Of a stretch of DNA of 64,000 nucleotides, positions 1 through 10,293 are shown one piece after another. The DNA lies in the NCBI GenBank assembly GCA_043228905.1, contig JBHGNT010000009.1, positions 11,222,001-11,286,000 of the forward strand, given 5' to 3'. Origin of the DNA: Azolla caroliniana (taxonomy: Eukaryota > Plantae > Polypodiophyta). Numbering within the stretch: position 1 is the first letter of the stretch; each line of letters starts with the position of its first letter. The position numbers and the translations under genes are program-made. The notes beneath the pieces were generated by a model, which was given only the letters and a program-made list of their open reading frames with translations, had not been told where the DNA came from and made no database searches.

Positions 1-2263
1 GACATTTTTGATAAGGTAAAAGCTAGTACTCTTCCGCATTATCAACCTTATGATTGTCCCATTGATTTACAACCAGGAGAAGAGCCACCATGGGGACCAA
101 TCTACAAGTTGTCACCATCAGAGCTTGAAGTTCTTCGAGCTTACATAGAAGAAAATTTTGCAAACGAGTTCATTCGACATTCGAAATCTCCAGCCGGTGC
201 ACCCATTTTCTTCGTCAAGAAAAAAGATGGCTCACTTCATCTAGTCGTGGATTACTGTGGCTTGAATAAGGTCACCATCAGGAATAGGTATGCACTTCCC
301 TTGACCTCGAGTCTTTTAGAAAGGGTTAATGGCAACAAGTTTTTCACAAAAATCGACTTACGAGGAGCATATAACCTTGTACGAATTCAACCAGGGGATG
401 AATGGAAGACAACTTTCCGCACCCGATATGGGCACTTCGAGTATACGGTTATGCCATTCGGCCTTACCAATGCAGCAACAATCCTCCAGCAAATGGCAAA
501 TGATATAGTCCGAGATCTTTTGGATGTCTGTTTAATCATCTACTTGGATGATCTGCTAGTTTATTCAAAGACACAGGAGGACCATGATTCTAATGTACTA
601 TTAGTACGAAGACGACTACGAGAACATGTTCTTTATGCAAAGCTAGAGAAGTGTAGTTTTGATTGTAGCCAAGTGGAATTTCTCGGCTATGTCATTTCCT
701 CAGAAGGTATTTCTATGGATCCGGCTAAAGTCCAAACTGTGCTAGAGTGGCAGACTCCACGTTCGTTGCGAGATGTGCAATGCTTTCTAGGATTCGCAAA
801 CTTCTATTGCAAGTTTATACAAGACTACTCAAATCTTATTTTGCCGCTCACACAGCTTACAAAAAAGGGTCAATCATTTGTTTAGTCTAAGGAAGCGGAC
901 ACGGATTTTGAGGGTCTCAAGAAGGCATTTACATCAGCTCCTGTTTTAGCTCATGTTGATGCGCAAAAACCATTTATCATGGAGGCAGACGCGTCAGATT
1001 TCTCCCTAGGTAGTATTTTATCACAACAAGGCGACGATGAGAAGCTACATCCCTTGGTGTTTCACTCCTGCAAATTTAACGTCACCGAAATCAACTACGA
1101 GATACATGACAAGGAGCTATTAGCAATAGTGGACTCTTTTGCACAATGGAGGCATTTTTTAGAAGGATCTCCTCATCAAGTCACTATATTCAGTGATCAC
1201 AAGAATCTTGCCTACTTTCAGAATGGATCCGGCTTCCAAACTGTGCTAGAGTGGCAGACTCCACATTCGTTGCGAGATGTGCAATGCTTTCTAGGATTCG
1301 CAAACTTCTATCGCAAGTTTATACAAGACTACTCAAATCTTATTTTGCCGCTCACACAGCTTACAAAAAAGGGTCAATCATTTGTTTAGTCTAAGGAAGC
1401 GGAAACGGATTTTGAGGGTCTCAAGAAGGCATTTACATCAGCTCCTGTTTTAGCTCATGTTGATGCGCAAAAACCATTTATCATGGAGGCAGACGCGTCA
1501 GATTTCTCCCTAGGTAGTATTTTATCACAACAAGGCGACGATGAGAAGCTACATCCCTTGGTGTTTCACTCCTACAAATTTAACGCCACCGAAATCAACT
1601 ACGAGATACATGACAAGGAGCTATTAGCAATAGTGGACTCTTTTGCACAATAGAGGCATTTTTTAGAAGGATCTCCTCATCAAGTCACTGTATTCAGTGA
1701 TCACAAGAATCTTGCCTACTTTCAGAATGCTCGCGTGTTAAATAGACGACAAGCTCGGTGGGCCCAATTCCTCACTCATTTTGATTTTAAGATTACATAT
1801 CATCCGGGCAAGCAACAGGGGAAGACAGATGCATTATCACGACGCTCGTATCTAGCTCCTCGTCCCGGTGATCCGGCCTTCGACAATCAAAAGCAAGTAA
1901 TCCTGGGACCGGCACGACTTCAAGCAACGTGGGTCCACGCCATTGGATTCCTGCATTATCGATACCATACGTGAAGATTTGAAGATGGATGTTTTCGCTC
2001 AAGCTATTCTAGATCAAATCGATTCTTCTCGGGTATCTTGTTCACGATCACAACAACCAGGTATAGATTGTCAACAATTCGAATGTCATAATGGATTACT
2101 CTTCTTTAAGAAAATTTTGTATGTTCCCTATGGTTCATGCGGCCTTCGAATAATACAAAATTGTCATGACATATATACAATCGGACATTTTCGTAGTACT
2201 AAAACATTGGATTTAGTACAACGATCATTTTGGTGGCCTCGTATGCGAAGATTTGTCGAAGTC
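1..2263 (+). mobile_element. Degenerate Ty3/gypsy pol fragment (RT, RNase H, start of integrase zinc finger), chromovirus/Tcn1-like; truncated at its 3' end
   Basis: ORFs with [69 protein letters not shown] and CHD...GH...WWPRM; internal stops and frameshifts. Lineage assignment is by motif resemblance only. Confidence 0.9.
715..1729 (+). repeat. Tandem duplication of about 505 bp inside the gypsy RT/RNase H region
   Basis: 715-1225 is repeated at 1223-1729; both copies carry the same TAG stop (883-885 and 1387-1389); ATG microhomology at the junction. Confidence 0.95.
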
Positions 2264-2360
2264 TTCCTAAGGAGTGGTTCTCGACTTTGGAAAGCCAGAG
2301 TAGCTAGGAGTCGTCGAAACTGGCGATGACACCCCTCAACCCATTGAACACATCAGAGAT

Positions 2361-2807
2361 TGTTACCCGGCCGGCAAAGGAGCAGAGACCAAAATGTGAA
2401 AGGGATGGTTATTCGGAATATATTTAATTAAGTAGATTGGATTATAATTATGTAGTGAATGGACGGACCGGAATCGATATGTCGATCTGGATCCAGACCG
2501 ATTCCGAACAGGTGCTGGTTGGCACCGTTTTGTACGCAGCACCGGTGACCTATATAAAGGCCCAGTTACAATGTATAACTTTAATGGAGAATTAATATAA
2601 GCTTCTTGTTTTATCTTCACGTATTGATTACTGTTCTGAATTAATTGTTATATCTTACGCGTGTATTAAGTGTATGCCTTATTGCTAAGTAGCTAATGTA
2701 GTCGAAGTAATCGTTGTGTCTTAAGTTATCTCACTGTAACACCCTTTGGTGAAGTTTATTCCGGAGACACCCTGTGTTAGGCCATTGTCCGGCCCTAATG
2801 ATTAACA
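2361..2807 (+). repeat. 5' LTR of gypsy A
   Basis: TG...CA ends, TATA-like CCTATATAAAGG near 2549, direct repeat of 18324-18770. Confidence 0.95.
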
Positions 2808-3747
2808 CAGTTTTTGGCGACCACGATTCCTGCACAATCGCAGCGAACAACGCTGGGAATGGATGACGTGACCAACGAACGACCCGGTTACGGAGCGTCC
2901 AAGGCGACTTGTTGAACGGCTGAGGAAGCGAGAGGCTTTCCAGCAAGCGGCAGAAGAAATCAGAAACGCCTACCTGGACGAAGGAAGCAGCCTAAGCAGC
3001 CTCCAGGAAGCAGAATCCCTTCTCCAGGCATTGGTAGCGGGGGAAGACGAATCCGAAGCATTTTTGGCATTTGAATCAGGTTCGGACGGGGAATACAGTG
3101 CGCTGACGAACTACCGCAGCAGTAACGACACCCCAGGCGGACCAGAGGACGAGGAGTAGGATACTTTGCCGACACCAGAACCCGAATCGACAAGGCTAGA
3201 AACTCTGGTACCAGAAGTCGACCACACTCTGGAACCAGAAGTCGACAACGAGAGACCTCCGACACCGGAAGTCGAGGAGGAGAAGCCTCCGACACCACAA
3301 GAGGAGCAGGAAAGACCTCCGACGGTGACAGAAGATCGGGGAAAACCTCCGACACCACTAGAGGAGGAACGACCACTGACACCACCAGCCCGTGTACCGA
3401 CACCAGACGACGATATGTCATTCCAATATCCCAAATACCAAGATGATCCGGACGTGGAAGCCCACATCCATGCGTTTTAGCAGACTTAGGAAGCCAACCA
3501 TGTGTCCCAACGCTTAAATGCAGCCGAAGAGGAACACTCAAAACAGGCAGAGTTTGGCATGACCTTGGAGGGACCGGCCGCCAGATGGCACCGAACACAG
3601 GATCCTAGCACCATCCCCACATTTGAAACATTAAAGACAAAATTCTTGCATTTCTTCCACAAGGAGATGGACCAGCGGGAAATGGTCAACTTATTTTACA
3701 ATATCCGGCAGGAACCAACGGAGAACATCCAACAGTTTGTCATCCGG

Positions 3748-4434
3748 TGTCGCGTTGTTACGCGCCTGCGTGGAGAACAAGGTGGGACCACTGGGGTCTT
3801 GGACCGAGGAATAGGTGAGGAAGCGAAAGGAGAGAGAGAGAGATACACGCTCACACACGTATAGACAAAAAAGCGCGCGGGAACGCAACCCAACAACACA
3901 AGAGACACAAGTTGAGCAGGAGATAGGGTAAAAGGGACGCGTAAATAAATATATGTATGCAGACGACTAGAACGGTTACAGCCGATCAGGTCGGCGAGAC
4001 GGGTGTCGACGCATGATCACCCACGCACATAGGGGAGCAAGATGGAGATTCTGTCGGAAGCGCACGGGCGTTCGACGGGGCAGAATCAGCCTCTTGAGAA
4101 CCTGCGCAAAGAAAGCTAAGGAGAACGACATAGGAGAAGAGCTCGGTCCCAGTCCGACAGCACTTCGTCCCCTCTAACGCGCGATACCTTCTCTCCCCCG
4201 TCTCCCTCTCTTTTATAGCTCAAGGAGGGAGGCCGTCTTGCCCATTTACATCACATTAATTCTTTGTCCTTTCGGACAGAGATACTCCTCAATTCTCCCT
4301 ATAGAATATTGCTACCTAGGATTTAACCCTTGCGCATACCTATCTTCTTTACGACAAGTGACGTGCCCACGTGTAAGGGCCGGTTCACACACATTATACA
4401 CGGTTTGCGCCTGGGGACGGTTTTCTTCACGACA
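3748..4434 (-). repeat. 3' LTR of element B
   Basis: Direct repeat of 9607-10293; on the minus strand it reads TGTCGTGAAG...CGCGACA. Confidence 0.95.
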
Positions 4435-4510
4435 TCCGCCCCCACCTAACCGCGCATCCACCGGTATGCGCCAAAGTTGGGTTCCTACGGGAGAAAACCG
4501 ATCCTTGCTT

Positions 4511-7439
4511 TTATTCCTTGTACATGCCCCCTAGGTCCGGCTCCCCGTCGTGCCGTTTCTTGAACGCTTTGATCCTCTTCCCCGCTACCGGTATCGCCAT
4601 TCTCGTACCGTCGAGCTCTGCGAGATGGTACGTCCCATTGCCGTTGGCGCCTGTTACTACGTAAGGCCCGAACCACCTCCTCGCAAACTTCCGCGTGGCC
4701 CTGTGTTGATTGTCGAGGCTGTTGTCGTAGACTAGCACCCAGTCGCCTTCCTCGATCTTTCTTGGCCTGGACTTGTGTGTTTGGTCGAACCGGGCTTTGT
4801 TCCTTATCCTCGCTACTCGTAGTTTCTCCGTGACTCGCTCTACGTCCTCCGGCCTCCGCTCGAGCTGTCGAATCCGCGCCGCCAACAGTTCCTCCTGGCT
4901 CATCTCATCCCTCCAGTCCACCATGGCCCACGAGGAGATCGTTCGCTCTGCTAGCATGATCGGTTTTTGTCCGAACATCAGCTCGGCCGGCATGAACCCG
5001 GTTACCGAACTGTGCGTGGTCCAGTCCGCCCACAAGGCATAAGGTAGCAGCCGTGGCCAGTCCCTGACTCGGCCTCCGCACGCCCGTACTAGCGCTTTGA
5101 CAATTGGCCCGTGTCCACGCTCCACCTTCCCATTCGCCTCCGGATTGTACGCCGTGGTGAGCGAAAGTTTGACTCCTAGCCGGTCGAACAGCTCTTCGGC
5201 CTCTTCTGCGTCCAACTCACCACGGTCAGCCACGATCTTCCCTACGCACCCGTATCGGCATACTACATCCTCAATCAAAAACCGGCACACGGCTGCCGTC
5301 GTCTTGTTCTGCAGGGCTCGGCCTTCAACCTGGTTCGTTAGATCTTCCCGAGCTAGCACAAGATACCGCATCTGTCCTACCCCCATTGGCATCGTCACCA
5401 AATCCACCATCCACTTGAAGTGGACGGTCGGAGGGTAGGTCAGGTGCAGCTCGTCCCGATGTCGGATCATGGAGTGCACCTGACAGCTTTCGCAAGTCGT
5501 CACGAACCGATGGTCCCGGCCACCAGTACTTCCCCATTAGCTTTTCGAACGTGGCCCACCTTCCACGGTGTCCAACCCACGGGCTATCGTGGTACGCCGC
5601 CAGCAACTCCTCATGTTCCTCCTTTACCGCCGAAACGATACCCCAGAGCTCGCGTTTAACCTGGGCGTATCCTCGTTGTTGCTCGCTGAGGACCTTCGCG
5701 CCGAACTGGATCGGGAAATGCATGTCGTCCTCGTCCTCCTGGTTGACGACCCATCCGATCCCGGTCGGACTCGTGTCTACCGTTACGTAAACTGGAGTGC
5801 TCCGTCCGTAGACAGCCTTTCGGAGCGCCGGAGCCGCGGCAAGTGCTCCCTTCATCTTCCGGACAGACTCCGTATGCTCGTCTCTCCACTCGAATTTTTG
5901 CCCCTTTTTCAGCAACCCGTATAACGGCTCCGCGACGTGAGCGTAATGCGGGATCCATATATGGTAGAACGCGCACGCTCCCAAGAACCTCCGAACCTCC
6001 GTGACTGAGCTACAGTCGTTCTTCATCGTGGAGATGGCTTCTACCTTAGTCGGAGACGGTTTCCGGCCGTACAGCCCGCATAGGTGTCCGACGACCATGA
6101 TCTCTGATTGCCCGAAGGCCGATTTTCCCCCGGAGAAGGTGAGCCTCGCGCCCTCCAACCTTTGGAGCACCTTCTCGCAGTCATCGATGTGCGCCGCCAC
6201 GAATTTCCGGCATCCGTCCGGTCCAATCGTCTCGTCCCTTTCCTCCATCGGGTATCCTTTGATCGGGACATCGTCCAAAAACGGCATGGTTATGTCCGGG
6301 ATACAATCCCTCAGCACCTTGTTCATTGCGTTCACCATGTGAGCCACCGAGTTCGTCCCTCCTTGCTGCAGGGTACACATCCGTACTAGGCCGAGAGGAG
6401 TTCGCATTGTCGTGATGTCTCTGCTCTCTACAGCGAGCTGGAACTGATCGTACCCCGAGTAGAGATCACCGACCGAGTAAATCGACCTTCCGGCGAAGGC
6501 CTCCGCGAACTCGTCTATTGTCGGTCCGATTCCTGCGTTTCGAATGGTCACCTTGTTGACCGGCTGCAGGTCTTGAATAAAGCGCAGCATGTCGTCCTTC
6601 TTCGGCACGGTAAACCACCGATTCGAGTATGGGGCACTCGACGGTTCGAGGATTCCCATCTCCACCTTCTGCTTTAACAGCTCCATCAGCTTCGGGATGT
6701 GAGCTCTGGGTACTGGAATCGGTTTGAGACTCCACGGCACATGCGGTACCGTGAATATCACCATCATTTCCACGACTGTCGGGTCTACGCACCCAATCTC
6801 CTCCGGTGAGAATGCGAAAGCCTTCCCGTGCCTTCCGAGCATTCCCCGAAAACGGTCCTCTTCCGCCAGCAGTAGGAAGCCGCCCCCACCGATTTTGAGC
6901 TCGCGTAGCGTTATATCGGTGAACGTGTGTCCTATGCGGGCCGGATTTCGTAAACTCGGGTCCGACACAACCCCCTTTATTCGCAACTCGCTGCCCTCCG
7001 GCAAGGGAGCCGCGACTGGCCTCACCTTCCGGTCCACAGTCTTGTACCTCGTGTCCAGCCGGGCGGTCCGATCTGACTCGAGCCCTCTACTGAATTCCGC
7101 GATGACTTCGTACATCTTTTTCGAACATACCGGAATCGTCCGGTCCTCTTTAAGGACTCCTCTACCTACCTCTCGCAGCTCCCCCAAGGTATCGTTGAAA
7201 GAGACCGCCTCCACGGCTCCGTTGATTTCCTCTCCAAGGCCGAGGACGCCACATGCCCGAAGTCGCTCCTCCGCCCTTTTCTTCTTCCGTCCAACAACGT
7301 CAACTATCGTACACCCTCCGTTGTCGGAGAACCAAAATTTCCTACTTATAGTACAGGGATTCTTCGCTATCATACACTTGTGGGGTTTTCCCAGAGTGTC
7401 CGGACTATCGCGGCCCCACACAATGATAGCCCTCTTCAA
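4511..7439 (-). pseudogene. pol (RT, partial RNase H, integrase) of element B, in the -1 frame relative to gag-PR
   Basis: YKTVDRKVRPV, DLYSGYDQ, FLDDVPIKG, VDTSPTGIGW, VDLVTMP, YNPEANGKVERGH, RWFGPY; frameshift near 5510; internal deletion near 5622. Confidence 0.9.
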
Positions 7440-9562
7440 AAATCCTCCCAGCTTTCGCCCCCGAGGGTCTCGCGGTTCCTCTCATGGTTTGGTCTCACCG
7501 TTAGGAACTGGACCGAGTGGCGCCCATCCTGGCTCTTGACCCTTGCATAGGCCGAGCTGTTGTCCAGCACCTTGGTCTCCATCCGTGCTGCCGTGATGTA
7601 CGGTTCTCCTAGTATAACCGGGTGTGAGGACGTCTCCTGCACGAAGAACTGCTGGTCAATCTCGACATCGCCGATCTTTACTCGTACATTCGGGCAAGCT
7701 CCATGCAGTTCTTCAGTGGCGCGCGTCGCTGCCCGTATCTTCCACCCATGCTTGGTTTTGATCGGCCATTTCCCCTTCTTATAGAAGTCCATGGACATCA
7801 AATTGATTTCTGAACCGTGGTCCACCAACGCCACCACCGGTTCATGAACATCTCCGATCTTCACGGGGGTCTCCATGGTCGCTCTGGCCCAGTGCGGCCT
7901 CGAATAGTGGCTCTCCGCCAACTTGTCTTCCAGCGCCATGTCCTCTATGTGCGTCGTCCGCACCTCCACCGGCTTCTCCAGTTCTGTCTCCGTCGACAGC
8001 CTCTTCCTCTTCACCAAGTCTACGATGGAGTCGTGGAACTCCTTCTTGGCGATCCCGAGCACTTCCCTCAGCGACAGTTCCACCTTGTTGTCGAGGATTC
8101 GTTCTTCCAGGACCTTTCGCAGGTCCGTGGATCTTTCGATTTCTGTGCCCAGCCAGTACCCACCCTTCTTGGGATTATCCTGGGCGCCGGTTACAACGGC
8201 CTCATTCCGTCTTTGCCCGAACCGAGTTTCATGTCGCTGCGAGGGCCCGGCCCCTCCGGTTTTCCCTACCCGCTTGTCCTCCACCAGAGCCTCGTAGTTT
8301 TGACAAGCGGCTTCGACGAAGCCCGTCCTTTCTTCCACCGGGTCACTCCACCCAGTTACCTCCCGGACCCGTTTTTCCGCGCGGTCCACCTCTTCTTTCC
8401 TCAGTCGTGCGCTGGCGAGGCCTTCGAGCATCGTTGGCCAGAACCCGGCTTTGTTCGTCTTCGGGGCCTCGCCACCTCCGACCCGAATACCAATTGACGC
8501 CGAGTAGTGGACGGTCTCCGCGTCACGAGCCGCCGCCTCCTCCATCAGCCTTTTCATACCCCCTTGCCCAACGTTCAGGTTCAGGGCCCTTCGGGTCTCG
8601 CTGGCGTGCACCCAACCGTTCCACAGGTACACCACGTTGCTTCTCATCGCCTCGGCGAAGTCCCCGCAGTCCTTCCAGATGTGCCCAACCGCGTCACACC
8701 ACATGCACCTGTTTTCAGCCAGAGGTCGTCGGTCACGGGCCTGTTCGCCACCATCCCTTCGTGCCTAGGCGATCTGGAGATCCCTTACCATCCGCATCAG
8801 CTCCTCCAGAGCTGCTCCCCCGGACGAGCCCTTGACCACGCCGGTTGAAGCCGATCCGGTCTCGAGCCAATCTCGGGTCTCTTCCCTTCGCGTTGGTGGT
8901 ATTGGCTCAAACTTCCTTACTGCGACAGAGCCCGCCCTTGTCGATCCTTTGTCAACCCATTCCCGCCGTTTGTCGAAACGGCCACAGACCCTTTTCACCA
9001 CGGCCCAGTCGGCCGTCAGCCCGTCATCAGTCTCCAATAGGAGGCCTACCTGCTCCCGATCCCGCTCGTCAACCGACTTAACAAACAATAGGACACGGCT
9101 TGTGTCCAAAACGGTCCGGTCAAGCACCGAGAGGCGCGCGAAGCGTTCCTCAAAATCCCGAAGGAGCACTGACGCGTTCCTTCCTTTGTCGGGGGTCTCC
9201 ACCCACTCCATGAAGTCCCGCTTCGAAAGTCGAAGTGCATCTTCAAGCCCGTATCTTTCGAGGAGCCGACCTTCGAACTCCTCCTAGGTCCGGCTCTCGG
9301 CTCGTACCTCGAGCACCTCCGTATGGATACCCGGCATCACCACTCGGGGGAATCCGGCTAGACGCCTCTCTTCCGGAATGTCCCTCATTACCATCTCAGC
9401 CCAGTAGGACGCCAAGTAGCTCGTGGCATCCTTTCCACTAAACCGGCCGATCGTACCGACAACCGCCTCGATAGCCCTATCAAGGGTGCCGGTGCCTTCG
9501 CGCGCACTCACTATACGGTCTACATCCGAAGCCATGGCTTCTGTGAGGTCCAACCCCCTCAT
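7436..9562 (-). pseudogene. gag-protease of element B
   Basis: Three ORF pieces (9562-9284, 9211-8765, 8704-7436) separated by TAG stops and one frameshift; CxxC-GH-C knuckle; aspartic protease ALVDHGSEINLM and VILGEPY. Confidence 0.88.
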
Positions 9563-9585
9563 CTTCTACTCCTCTGCCGCCTGTT

Positions 9586-9602
9586 TCACGTCAGGTTCAC
9601 CA
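9586..9602 (-). promoter_or_regulatory. Primer binding site complementary to the tRNA-Trp 3' end (element B)
   Basis: Minus strand TGGTGAACCTGACGTGA matches the plant tRNA-Trp 3' end (...TCACGTCGGGTTCACCA, recalled from memory) with one mismatch; 4 nt from the LTR. Confidence 0.75.
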
Positions 9603-9606
9603 AATA

Positions 9607-10293
9607 TGTCGCGTTGTTACGCGCGTGCGTGGAGAACAAGGCGGGACCACTGGGGTCTTGGACCGAGGAATAGGTGAGGAAGCGAAAGGAGAGAGAGAGA
9701 GAGACACGCTCACACACGTATAGACAAAAAAGCGCGCGGGAACGCAACCCAACAACACAAGAGACACAAGTTGAGCAGGAGATAGGGTAAAAGGGACGCG
9801 TAAATAAATATATGTATGCAGACGACTCGAACGGTTACAACCGATCAGGTCGGCGAGACGGGTTTCGACGCCTGATCACCCACGCACACAGGGGAGCAAG
9901 ATGGAGATTCTGCCAGAAGCACACGGGCGTTCGACGGAGCAGAATCAGCCTCTCGAGAACCTGCGCAAAGAAAGCTAAGGAGAACGACATAGGAGAAGAG
10001 CTCGGTCCCAGTCCGACAGCACTTTGTCCCCTCTAACGCGCGATACCTTCTCTCCCCCGTCTCCCTCTCTTTTATAACTCAAGGAGGGAGGTCGTCTTGC
10101 CCGTTTACATCACATTAATTCTCTATCCTTTCGGACAGAGATACTCCTCGATTCTCCCTATAGAATATTGCTACCTAGGATTTAACCCTTGCGCCTACCT
10201 ATCTTTTTTATGACAAGGGACGTGCCCACGTGTAAGGGCCGGTTCACACACATTATACACGGTTTGCGCCTAGGGACGGTTTTCTTCACGACA
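9607..10293 (-). repeat. 5' LTR of element B
   Basis: Direct repeat of 3748-4434, adjacent to the PBS. Confidence 0.95.

Larger units (their letters stand above)
3748..10293 (-). mobile_element. Full-length Ty3/gypsy element B nested in the gag of A; 4-bp TSD CCGG
   Basis: 687-bp LTRs at 3748-4434 and 9607-10293; CCGG at 3744-3747 and 10294-10297; PPT GGTGGGGGCGGA next to 4434; PBS at 9586-9602. Confidence 0.95.

Noticed and set aside
6724-8497. Long plus-strand ORFs (271 aa and 226 aa) opposite element B
   Set aside because: Antisense shadows of GC-rich gag-pol codons; no recognisable motifs and not kept as long ORFs in element D.
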